From contig NMRA01000247.1 in the NCBI GenBank assembly GCA_002633005.1, positions 458,350 to 522,349 on the forward strand: a stretch of DNA of 64,000 nt, read 5' to 3'. Both the position numbers and the translations under genes were made by a program. Shown piece by piece: positions 37,866 to 49,800 of this stretch. The stretch comes from Phoronis australis. Taxonomy: Eukaryota; Animalia; Phoronida. The notes below the pieces were generated by a model. The model saw nothing but the letters and a program-made list of their open reading frames with translations. It was not told the origin of the DNA and searched no databases. Position 1 is the stretch's first letter. Each line of letters starts with the position of its first letter.

Positions 37866-39739
37866 TTCAGTGTCTTAATTAAAATTACCCGTGTTCGAGT
37901 GAATTATACTCTACCTATATATGAGAATGTGATTCCTTTTCTTGTAATCTAACAAAATTTGAGCAACACCAAAATGTCTCTCATCTGTCATCTCTCAAAC
38001 TTCATGGAATGCTTTCCAATCTGACACTAAAAGAGATAAAAAGCTCCCACTCATAGGCACCTAAATCAACCACATGCGTTATAATAACGACCGTTGTAAT
38101 ACCGTTAGTTGTGTGTCAGAAAGAAGTGGAAAGTTATTTATTCCTGGGATGATAAACTTTTGACAAAACACCAGTGCTCATGTTCAAAACACTATGTTGT
38201 AAAATGTTAATCCTGATTTTTAATTGCCCAATTAACAAACCCCAGTGGAGTACACTGACATGAGCCTCAGCCCTCCATGCCTCATTATTTGCTTCATTCC
38301 TCTCCAAAAATTTCCATTATCAGGCCAAAAATCTCTTCCAATGACTAAAAAATTTCTCTCAAATTTAGAATCACTTTGAACTGGTGGGGGTCCTTAGCAA
38401 AAAATTCCCCTTCCCAGAATGCACAGCTTCTCAAAAATTAAACTTTTAGTCAAGGATCCAAACCAGAAAAACACGGCTTGATATTGCAACTTCCCACAAA
38501 CCTCATCTTGTGAGCCAACTTGATTACATTGACACCATTCTGGGTTTAACCAAAGATCAAATTACACTACATGTTTTTTCTTGCACAGAGGAGAAATTTG
38601 AAGTTTATTAAACAGATTCGGCACGGTTTTATATACACGCTAGGGCAATAAAGACTTAAATAAATAACACAGTTAGTCGCAAAATGACTGCAGACATAAA
38701 TCAAACAAGGTGTTACACATAAAACCAAGAAATAAGATTTCGCAGCTGCAACACTGTTTTATTGGCATTTGCCACTTTTTACAGTTCATGAACTTAAAGC
38801 AATTTCTTCGCCATCAGAAATGTCTTGGGAATTTTTAGTCACTGCATTCTAAATTTATTGTGAATATTTAAAGACCACTCTCACTCACATTCTAAATTAA
38901 AACCGAGCCACATTTCAGTTCCTCAATTTATTTTATTTGTAAAATGTATTGCTTCAAAGTTGACATTCTTGAACACCGAACTATATAGAAAACTTAAGGT
39001 CACCTCCAACCTTATTTAGTGGCATCCATTCTAACAGTATATCAAAAAAACAGGTCATGTCCACTAGAAAAAGTATTGTTATATTTTCTGAAAGAAAAAA
39101 GATCAGGGATTACAAAAATAAGTTTCATATTTATGTACCATTATTACATGAACACCTTCATAAGTCAAAATTTTCATTTTTAAGAAAGGTACAATCATAG
39201 CAAAATAACCCCTCAGTCAATTTTAATGAAACCTTTTTGAATGAAAACTTCACCAGTTGCCTCAGAAATGCAGTTAGATTAGACTTTTAGTTTGTTTTCT
39301 GTGACAAATCAATTTGCAAATATGAAGTATTTTTTTGTAAAAAATAGCAGTTGTATTCGTCTTTGTTACATTATGCAAAAACTAGGCCTTTACATCAAAA
39401 ATCCTACCAGCATTTTTGAGATCGAAGAATAAATATTAAGTTTGGAAAGTTTCAAGGAAATACATCAAGCCGTTTTTTGAGAACTTGTGTTCCTAAGTTC
39501 AGACTAATTTGATTTTTTGCCGAAGCCGAGAAAAAGCCGATTAAGAAGTAAGACATGAAAATCTCAAGGTCTTCGGTTAATTATTCGGTGAAAACTTGTT
39601 TCCCGTCAATATAACCTATACATGCCTTAACCATGTTTGCTATTTCAACATTCACTTGCAATGTCAACTGAATTTGCTGTGTGTAATTACCTTCATTATC
39701 ACTAAAATGTTTTAATTTTGTGACTGTCTCCAGTCCGAC

Positions 39740-39798
39740 ACTGTTGACCTACTTTTAAGTGGGTCAACAGTTGACCCACTTAAAAGTAGGTCAACAGT
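39740..39798. repeat. 59-bp palindrome (29-bp perfect arms, 1-nt centre)
   Basis: The sequence equals its reverse complement except at central base 39769. Confidence 0.95.
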
Positions 39799-41263
39799 TC
39801 ACACACACCATGTGCCGGTAAAATGAAACCAAGTATGTAATGGACAACAGAAATTGAGTCAATGGTTAAAGCGCATCGTGAGCATGAGATCAAAATAGCG
39901 AAGTGTCAATTTACCTATCAAATTAATGAATTTGGGTGAGGATTTATCTCTTTTCAAAACTTGCGGAGTTGGTGATCACTAAGTCACAGAAGCGGAGCAT
40001 TCTTTCTCAACAGATGTATGCATGCAAATGAAGAACTCCCTCAAAACCACTTTTGTTGCCCCCCCCCTGGGTATTTTTCTATCATATGTACACCTTGTTG
40101 AATCAATAATAATAACAGTGAATAAAAGGACTGAGGTTGCATATGGAGCTGCTCTATGCCTGGCAGTAGATATGATTTGAGTGACAGCTGTAACCTTTGA
40201 TCTCGAATAAGTAGTAAACAAATTTCCATGTGGTTGTGCTGTTCCAAGGTGATTCTGCCAAACCTTTTTCTTGCTACACTGTATATATTTCATATTTGAA
40301 GTTCCCCCGAGAATGAAGATAAGGTATTTTGCTAGACATATGTGAAATATTGTAAAAACGGACAATTTTTGTGAATAAGGTTTGAGATATCCACTTAAAA
40401 GAACAAGATGAAAAAGAAAAGATGAAGAAGAAAGTGTTAGAATAAGCAAGTACACATATGAAATTAGCAATGGTCAACTAACTGCAGGTATTTGCTCCAT
40501 ATCAAACAAATTTAGGAACGATGTATACATATATTAAATATTAACATGAAAAGTCCCACCAACATAAAATACATTGAATTAGGATCAAACTGCACAGCAA
40601 GTTTGTTGGAGAAGACAAACCCAGTCAGCTGCAGCCAAACTCAGAGTTAAATGTAAAAAGTTAGGTCTAATCAAAAACGCTATCAAAATTAGCCTCAACA
40701 TATACACAGCACAATTAGGAAACCAAAGGAACACAAGGCGCAAAACATCAAATGGCAGTCGCTACCTGCTGTGTGCACAGCCACTGGAATTTTCTTTTTA
40801 ACTAGTTTTAATTTGGTAAAATCAAGGAAATTTAACCATTTCTCTCAGATATCGCTTAATGCGAAGAAAGTCTCTTTTTTATAGATGCAGCAAAGCATTA
40901 GTTTCATTTCGAATAAAGTCAGCTTAACAAGCTAGAACACAGCATGTTGTCTCAAGAGGATGTCCTTAACACGAATTAACACATGTTCTAGGATGAACTT
41001 TCACCACATTAGACAGAAGGAAACCAGTTAGCCTTTATTCTATTTCCAAATAATAAACAATAAGAAAGATTCTCAAACATCAGCCTTGGATTTTCATTTG
41101 CGTTCAAAAAGATGCGAGTTACAATTCGGTTCATCGTTGTTTATTTCCTGAGTAATCAATTGGTCTGGCTTTAAAACTTCACGAATTGCAATTTGAAGAA
41201 GAATGTCCTTCATTTCCAAGTGGCTTTTGAAACTAGAGCTGCCAGGTGAACTTCGAAACTTTG

Positions 41264-41786
41264 AAGGTTATGTAGAACCATAGAAACGAGGACCAAACTT
41301 GGCTAATTTTGGAACGTCATATTTCAGAAATGATTGACTGGATTCGAACGGTTTTATATATACTAAACTACAAAACGCTGTAATATGGTTTCAAAGAGGC
41401 TCCACTTATGCATGAGGGGCTAACAAAAATAGGGCAGTTACGTTTTTTTTGAACAAAAGAATCTAAAAAGGCATAAAAATAAAAACAAAATATTTCAGTA
41501 AACTGTAACTGCGTTCTTAAGACATCACCATAAGCATTGAAATAAAATTTGATCACGTTATTGATACTGTTGTTTTGTTAGGGACGAACCTTTCTTGTTT
41601 TGCCAAATTTAGCTAAAGGACATACTCATGTGACCCAATTAGACACATTTATAAAATAGGAAAAAGTAAAAAATCTACAGGCTTTCTACATGCATAAAAT
41701 AAATACTTTAACTGAGTCAAGTTCTATAGTTTCTAGATATTAAGACACATACACCCACTTACCAATAATGTCCTACACAACCTTAA
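41264..41786 (+). mobile_element. MITE family A, full-length copy (AAGGTTATGTAG...CTACACAACCTTAA; TTAA-associated, Kolobok-like)
   Basis: Terminal inverted repeats at both ends; internal similarity to copies at 26707, 28084, 46468 and 58700-59002. Superfamily is inferred only from TTAA plus GG termini. Confidence 0.7.
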
Positions 41787-43800
41787 ATTGAAGCTTTTAA
41801 TGTCTTTCAAACTTCTAAATGAATACACTGATTGATTTTCAATTTTTTTTTAACTCCTGCAATCATGTCTTCTTCTCTTTGACAGATTCAAAAATGATTC
41901 ATTTTGAAAAATATTTTCCTCCCAAATAACCTGAGGGCCCCTAAGGTAAAAAAAATTAGACACAAATGATTGATAAAATTGTCATATTTGTATTTCTAAA
42001 GGCTTACCACATTGTTGCAAATGCTCAAAGCTTTAACCACCTCATGCTAACCATGCTAAGAGCGAAACAGATTTTCTTCAAAAGTTATTTTTGTTGAGAC
42101 ATTTCCTCCACGTTGTGTTCCTAACCAAAGTATTTTTACCATAACTCCAGGGAACTCAGCAGAACCAGCTACATAAATTATGCAAATTAGGATGTGAAAC
42201 CAAGAAAGGCAGATGGATTAGCCTCGAACATTCCTATTTGCTGGGACCAATGTGAAGTCATATTCAAATTGATTTATTTAAATTTTGTTTAAATGACATC
42301 CATGTGACACATTCCCACCAAGGACAGTTTGATAGTACATAGTAAGTGGTTTCTCTACAAGGGTATAATTTTGAAACTTACTCACTAGGTGGTACATGCT
42401 TGAATTAATAGTGATCACCTAAACCAGAGATAACTATCAAGTGCCAATATTAACACAAGTGAAGTGACACTTTGCAAATTTCATATCCTACAGTTGTACT
42501 AAAATGTGATTAATAACATTGACACCTGCAGCAACATTCTACCTTCTTCATTAAGATGACATAGGCCAGAAAACACACAAGAAATGGTTGTTTACCACAC
42601 TGTAAATGATACAAACAACCCCACCATACAAAAGCCAGAACAGCTGGCAGCAGTGCAGGTTAATCCAGGTATTGTCAACTGCCAAATCATTTCAGGTAAA
42701 ATTGAGCAATTACCTGTAATTATGGCTTTAATATCAAGCTGGATTAATTTACTTGTTAAAGACCTATTTATTGGTGGATTTGTGGGTAGAGGGACAAAGA
42801 GGTGTGAAAATCCCAGTGGCAGAGGATTTTACACAGGCATTGACACTGCCAAAAGCTCTGTACAATAGCAATTTAGGACAAAGGGGGTAGCCTGCTGGGG
42901 GGAGTTGATATGGTCTGTTTGATAGGTAATTGAGCATGAAGTTGTACTCACAGGCATGTATGTTCATTCAGCCCACTAGAAACCATGTACAGTGTATTGA
43001 TGAGCAGAATATACCTAAATGTCCAGACATGGGAGTGGGCCTGGACTATTCTCAAATGATCTAGCAATATATTCATTTCTGTTCTCAGGATTCTTAAAGT
43101 TGTATCTCTCCCTGTTTTGCATGCTCATACAATTGGTATCATAATATTGCTTACCATGGAAGAAGAAGATGATAGGATTCAACTTGCCAACTCAAGTCGC
43201 AGGCAATGCTTACAGGTGCCATGTCAAAGTTGCAGTAGTAGACCAACCCATATAAACTCTAAATTGTTTTCTTGGGTTACTCAAGTCGCTGATGGCTTCG
43301 ATGTTCTTGTTGGTAACATAGTAATGAATATAATGATACCGATTTTATGAGAACAACAGGCTTATTTTCATTTTCAGCCAAATCAACATGGCGAAATGCA
43401 ACTTAAGAAAATTCTACATGAAAATCATACTTTCTCTGATACCTTCCTTGAATGTATTTTTGCTGTTTATATGTATTTGGCTACCCACATGGTCTTGGCA
43501 ATATGTTTGCAACATATCAAAACACAATTTCATCACTCAAATGTGTGAAGTAGCCTTTTCGTGCACATTGTGTCACCATGAGAACACGGAACAAAAACGA
43601 AACACTGAAAGTAGTTGTATTGAATTGTGGTCTGAATAGAATATCATGTAAGGATTCTTGCAGTGACATTACTGTGCTCAAAATGATCCTCAAAACATAC
43701 TGTAGTAACTTAATTTGCGTGGTGTGCTACTAGTGCTACTAGGCTTTGAGAACTCCTAAGTGTATAGCAACACAATGTATACACTTAAGTACCATAAAGA

Positions 43801-44195
43801 GTATAAAAAAGAATTAAAACCTAATGCTGTGTCGTGTCCTCATTTGGAGGACTTTCACTTGCTGTTGCTATGGCGGCATTCTGCAGATGACGTAATCTGT
43901 GTGCAATGAAACCCAGTGTGCTATCCCTTGTCTTAGAAAGTTTGAATCTTAATCTCCCTTGGCAATTCGAAGAGGGGCATTCATCCAGTTCGTAGATGGA
44001 TTCCTTACCCACGGGTTTGAACCAATTTTCCTTACGATCCCAAATGCGTACATCTAAGTGTCAAATGAATGTCCTGCAGTCACGATACGAGTGAAAACGG
44101 CAGAATCATAACATGTATCCCTGTAACTGTAAGTCCAGTATTAGGTTTTAGTTCTTTTCTATATTTATCAACTGGATGTCTAATATTCACCAATT
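43801..44195 (-). mobile_element. Penelope-like retroelement 3' fragment (GIY-YIG endonuclease C-terminus plus pseudo-LTR), decayed
   Basis: Minus strand reads YDSAVFTRIVTAGHSFDT, frameshift, then DVRIWDRKENWFKPVGKESIYELDECPSSNCQGRLRFKLS. This matches the Penelope/Poseidon pattern SAV..H....GHSF...V.ILDRE..WF.R.VKEAIY.....PSLNR.GG.R..LS. Flanked by 29-bp inverted tails. Confidence 0.75.
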
Positions 44196-46467
44196 GATAC
44201 CACTAAGAATAGCATGGCAGTTTGACAGTGTGGTTCAGAATTAGGCTTTCTAATCAAAGAACTTATTTTTGTTGGTTTCAATTCAACATCCTGCTAAGCC
44301 ATGCAGAGACATATGTAAAATATTGGATGACATTAAAATGGAATAAAGTCAAGAGTTGTTGATACATGGACATTTCAAAAACTTTATTACTGCCTAAAAC
44401 ATCTTGCCCATGTCAATTTCACGGGGAATTTATTTTGAGACCAGCAGCAACAGTGGTAAATTCGCCCTGTTTATCAGACACGCAATACATCTTGAAAGTA
44501 TTAAACACATTGTGGTCGCAGCATTTTCATCAAATGGGGGTGGAAGGAAACAGCTCTCTGGCAATAGGAATCAAACATAATCTCAGTCTCCAACAATTTA
44601 CAAATGACTCTAATATACCATATGACTGTATTCAATAGTCTACGTGGCATATTTCACCAAACTATAATAAATATCCAATTCAACAAAAAGTGCCCTATCC
44701 CACTGGCCACCCCTTTATTGTACTTGGTGAATGGTTTCATAAGTAGCCACCAGTGAGTAATGTCTGTGATACATAGCATATCTCACTTCAGAAATTCACT
44801 TTAAATTTCATTCCAAGTTGAAAAATGCCTACATCAGACAAGTTGGATTCCAGTCATATGTTGGACAGATGTATGACTGGTGGTCATGTCTGAGAACATT
44901 CAATAGAACTAGGATGGGGTCACACAGTTAACAAGGCATGGCTAAACAGCTGAAGCAAATCAACAAACGCTGGTTTTTATGTGAACTAGCCTAAAATTTC
45001 TATTTCATGATAATATCAAACAGCGAAATTATTTTCCAAGTCAAATCACCTAACAGAAGCCAACTGCAATCTCATGAGTGTTATTTACTGTATGGAATGA
45101 AAGTTGAACAGAACAATATTGTAAGCAAGTATCTATGGTATACTTATACCAGACCAAGTTTTCTGTAGTTCTTAAATGTTTTATTAGACATAGGTTTTTT
45201 AAAGCCAATTTCCTACTACGCCAAAATTTCAAGCAAAAAAAAAGAAAATTACACATATAACACTACATAATAAAATTCTGCAAAGCGTTTCATCTAGTTT
45301 CATGACAAAAAACATACTGTTAACTTCCCTAAAGCTACCCTTCTCCAACCATGTAACGTCAATGCACACACCTTGCCTGATGACCAAATGTGCCTGCATA
45401 ACAAACAAGAATACTTTCCACACCATTACTGTATTTTTGACCAAGCATAAAATTGCAAAACAGAATTCACAAAATTTCCAGAGCTTTCAAGTTTTAAGAA
45501 TTTGTGGGTATTGATTTGAGAGTATGTTGTAGGCGATTTTTTATAATAAATGATACTGGCAATAAATGATACTGACAATCTCAGGATGTTCACACATTAA
45601 AATCAAGATGGTAAAGTGTGACTTCCGAACTCAAGGACGGAAATTCTGGGATAGACTAACGGATGAGACCAATCAATAAATAAACAGGAATAAATGCTGT
45701 CATGAGTAGAGTCTAAAAAAAGTCCGTAATGCCAACTTAAAAACAGCCTATTTAGAACTGTTTAAAGTCCTATTCCAAAGAATCAATACACAAGACATGA
45801 AATGTCAGCAATTTCAAAGTATTCAAGGAATATGAATGAATGTATGAATGACAGAAAAAACTACTGCACTCATAGTCCAAAGCAATGAACTTGATCATAC
45901 TCGTACCAGTGATGAACAACTATTGCGTGACTGTTCCCGAGACAAAAAATGAAGATGCTCATACTCATAGGCGAAAAAAAATAATAAAAACAACAAAATG
46001 TTGAGACCTTTCTGTCTCAGTGATTTTAACAGTAACCAATGCTTGTGAATACTAAAACAACATTTTTACTTGTCTGTAATTTCTCAATTGTTTCTTGTAT
46101 TTTCGGACTAAAAATGTTTGACCACTTTTAATCCTGGTGCTAAGTGGCCTATACTGAAGTGATCAACTGTTGTGGAAATCGAAGAAATGGCAAATGCTCA
46201 ACCGATTTATCCCCATATAAAGAAGACAGTAGCATCAGTTTTTGACCAAATAATAATGGAAGATTGAAAGAAAACAATATAGACCTCAATATATTATGCA
46301 CATATCATCACCGGGATAGCTAATATCAGTGAAAAAAGTGACACGAATGAGCCATCGCTGTTGAGATTTGATACACCAATTTAATATCACGATATCCGAA
46401 ACTTAATAATAAAACTCTCACGATTTTTGACAGAAATATTTTCCTGTTCACAAGAAAGAAGTCACTG

Positions 46468-46845
46468 AGGTTATGTAGAACCATAGAAAATTTCCAAATT
46501 CAGTCAACTTAGGAACATCATATTATTGTAAGAAAATGATGATTGACTTCCCATGAAACTTTCAGAGACTATGCTTTATGTACGGCACTTCAAACTTCCA
46601 ATGCTAGGAATTTGTTTTAAAATGGTCCACTTTTGTACAAGGGGCTATCAAAAATACGACTTTTGTGATTTTCATAAAAAAATCAAAAGCTGCACATGAA
46701 ATAATGATTTAGAAAACTAAAACATCGTTTTAGAGATTTCATCCAAACATTCATGTTAATTTGGTTATGTTATTGATAGCATAGTTTTTCTTTCAATGTA
46801 CCTTACATTTATGTTAAATTATTTCACATGGTCATGATCACATGA
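46468..46845 (+). mobile_element. MITE family A copy, truncated
   Basis: AGGTTATGTAGAACCATAGAAA start, identical to the start of the 41264 copy; internal similarity. Confidence 0.65.
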
Positions 46846-49800
46846 CATACTTGTGGATAAGTGGAAGAATACATTGACAGCTTACTGAAGCTGCCAATTG
46901 TTTTAGTGAGATCTCAGCATGCTGATTACACACAACCAATTGGGGGGGGGGGGGGAACTTCACATCTCATTGTTTGAAGATCATTGTGACAAAGGAAATA
47001 ACACATTCTTGGATAATAAGTACTGGACAAAGAATTAACTGGTGTTCTCATTAGTAAAGTTATCAAGACCATTAGAAAACAATTCAGCATCAATCAGCGA
47101 GATTCAAAACAGGCTGATAATGAGATAGATATGACGTTGTGTAAGCTGGCCAGATTGGTTTCCATGGAAACTAACTAACGAAATTTCAATTAAATACACT
47201 GAACCTGACAAACAAGCATCCTGTATCTCTATCAAGACAGCCTGGCCAAAAGACATGAACAGTAAATTTTCTGGGCACAAGGAGAAGGTCCCAGTAAGTG
47301 AATGTTAAATTTATCAATAAAGATGAACACGAAATTCACCTTTATTTTTACAACAGTTATAAATCAAGGTACGGACATTTTTCGAAAATTGATAGTGAGG
47401 CTTCAAAAATTGAGAAAAAAAAGTTTTTGCAAAAAAGGGGCTTGTCTAGCCTTCATCTGACCTACCATGGGCAAGCTTTGAATGTTAATTTGTTTTAAAT
47501 GGTGTTTATTGTAGTGGCTACTTGCAAACAATGAAAATATTCAAAACCAGGCAAGATGGATTAAACTTAAAAAATATAACCCAAAACACAACCATAGTCA
47601 TAGATAAATCAATAATCAAACAGAACTTAAATTAGCTATTGAAAAATCTCACCAATTTAGGACACGCTATGGTGGACAAGTGAAGTTTTTTTTTTTAATT
47701 TGATCCACACAACAAAAGCTTTACCAGTCCTCACTTATGTGTCACGCCTAACATTTAACAATGTTTTGAGAAACTGTAGGTATTAAAAAAATTAAAAAGT
47801 GACCATTTTGGCAATTCTTTTTGTCCAAAATTGGCAACATTTCATCATAACTTTCAGCTTTGGGCTTTGCATTTCTGATCTGCTTTTATTTCAAAATATT
47901 AGTTAAGTACCACTACTCAAAAAAGCTTAAACATTTGCATTCTGTAAATGATAATTCCTCATCAAACAGATATTCAAAAATATGCAGAACCACCTTCAAT
48001 TTTTTACATAGTATACTAAATAATTTTCCATCTCAACAAGGTGCTAAATCTTGATTTTGACAGAATACTTTTGATAAGTTGTTCAAAACTTCACTAGAAT
48101 ATGAAAACTTCTTGTACTTGAATCAATGGCTAGTTTACCACAGTCACACTGCTGGCATGTCTTACATGGATGGATAAATTAAAACTATGGTTATTTAATC
48201 CCCCAAAAATTCTAAAGTCTAATATATATTATGTTATTCTGACATAGAGCCTTATTTGACCTATGCATCAACATTTCCAAACTACTGCCTGCGCACAAAG
48301 ATGTAACGGGGTACAGGGGGATGACTGAGCCAGAAAATCAAGTTGCCCAGCCCCAAGTTAAATTGCTTGTTTAGCTTGGGTGACCACAGACTTACTGGTT
48401 GTCTTAAATTCAAAGAACCACCAGAAAGATGGCAAAATTAATGTCCAAAATTCTGGAATTAATGTGGTACAATACAAGCTACATGTTTCAATATGCCTTT
48501 TATACTCTTGACATTCACCAGTCAGAATTTGGTTCCGCTATTAAAAAAAACTCCTGTTAACATGTTGAGGAAAGTACTCTTGGTGAAAGGGAACAAATTT
48601 AAAAGCCACAAAGATCTGTAATCACTATCGATTGTTCCACTCACAGCAACCCATGATAAAATGCTACAAAACAGCAGCGTTACCACTTATTCATAAACGA
48701 TCAACTTACCAAACTTAGTGCTGGAAAAACATCTAATTCTCGTGTAACATAACCCTGACAATATCGCACTGTAAGACTGGTCGTTCCCAGTGTTTGCGCG
48801 CACGGTAGACGATTGTGACTTGGAAATGTCAACTAACAGCCTATTTCAATGAGCGTCTGGTTTTTTATTGCAAAGGACAGCAAAGGTAAAAATGACAACC
48901 CTATGAACTTACAAACAACGGCTACGACTTGACTTTCAGCAGAGTAGTTTTGAGTCTTGAAGAAATTATCGAGCCCTTGTTTCTGGGGCTGAGCACGTGC
49001 ATATGTATGAGAGATCTGTCAATCTTATGTTGCTGGCAATGTAACGTGTACTTCACATAATGTAACATCAACTGACTCGGTTCCAGCGCATTCAGTGACG
49101 ATGTTACTGCTAGACCACTAAGACGGGAACCAAAATGAACCTTAGATTCAGGGTAAAAACACCACATGGAAGAGAAAAATTATTCATTTGGTCTCTAAAA
49201 CTCTACTAAACGATAGAGAGCAGCTGTGCTCTGAAAATTCGCTCGCCACCTGGGTGACTGGACAGTGATCTTCTACTCGACCAGCACCATTTTTAATCCC
49301 ATTGGCGACTGGGTGAGTAGCTACATATATCCCTTTCACAACATGACAGACAATTAAAATTTTATTTTCTCCTTTTCTATAAAAGTTATGTAGCACCAAA
49401 ATAATGCTTCATGTTCAAGTTCTGTGTCAACCATAAGACAATACGTTGAAAAATGTATGCATTTATGGGCACTTTTATTCTTAGGTTATAAGAAAAAATT
49501 GTCATGAGCAATTGAGCAACCACACAATTTGTCGACTACAATTTTTTTTACCCTTATGGTAAAGATACGACATAGTCTTCTTTAATCTCTTGGCATACTT
49601 TCAGGGGAAATCAACTCCGCTGTATTTTTGTGCGTAACAAAGGTGGAATTGCTCTCACAATAATGTTGGTAGCCCTCAAGAAAACAAAAAAGGTCAGCTT
49701 AGACATTTGTACATGCATATATAGTGGCCACCCTTGAAACTTGGGGGGAGGGTTGCCAAGCTGAAATATGCACTGCTGTCATCTTAACCAGGTATTTTGA

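Noticed and set aside
38411-38426. ZNF143/Staf-like TTCCCAGAATGCAC
   Set aside because: Good match but isolated, with no promoter or RNA-gene context visible.
39979-40470. 163-aa minus-strand ORF, the longest unexplained one
   Set aside because: Low-complexity F/L/I/S composition typical of AT-rich non-coding DNA; no motifs; does not fit the ARID3 exon chain.
48701-48840. Minus-strand donor TTG|GTAAGT near CpG-rich DNA, a possible alternative first exon
   Set aside because: No ATG in the frame required to join exon 3; no other support.
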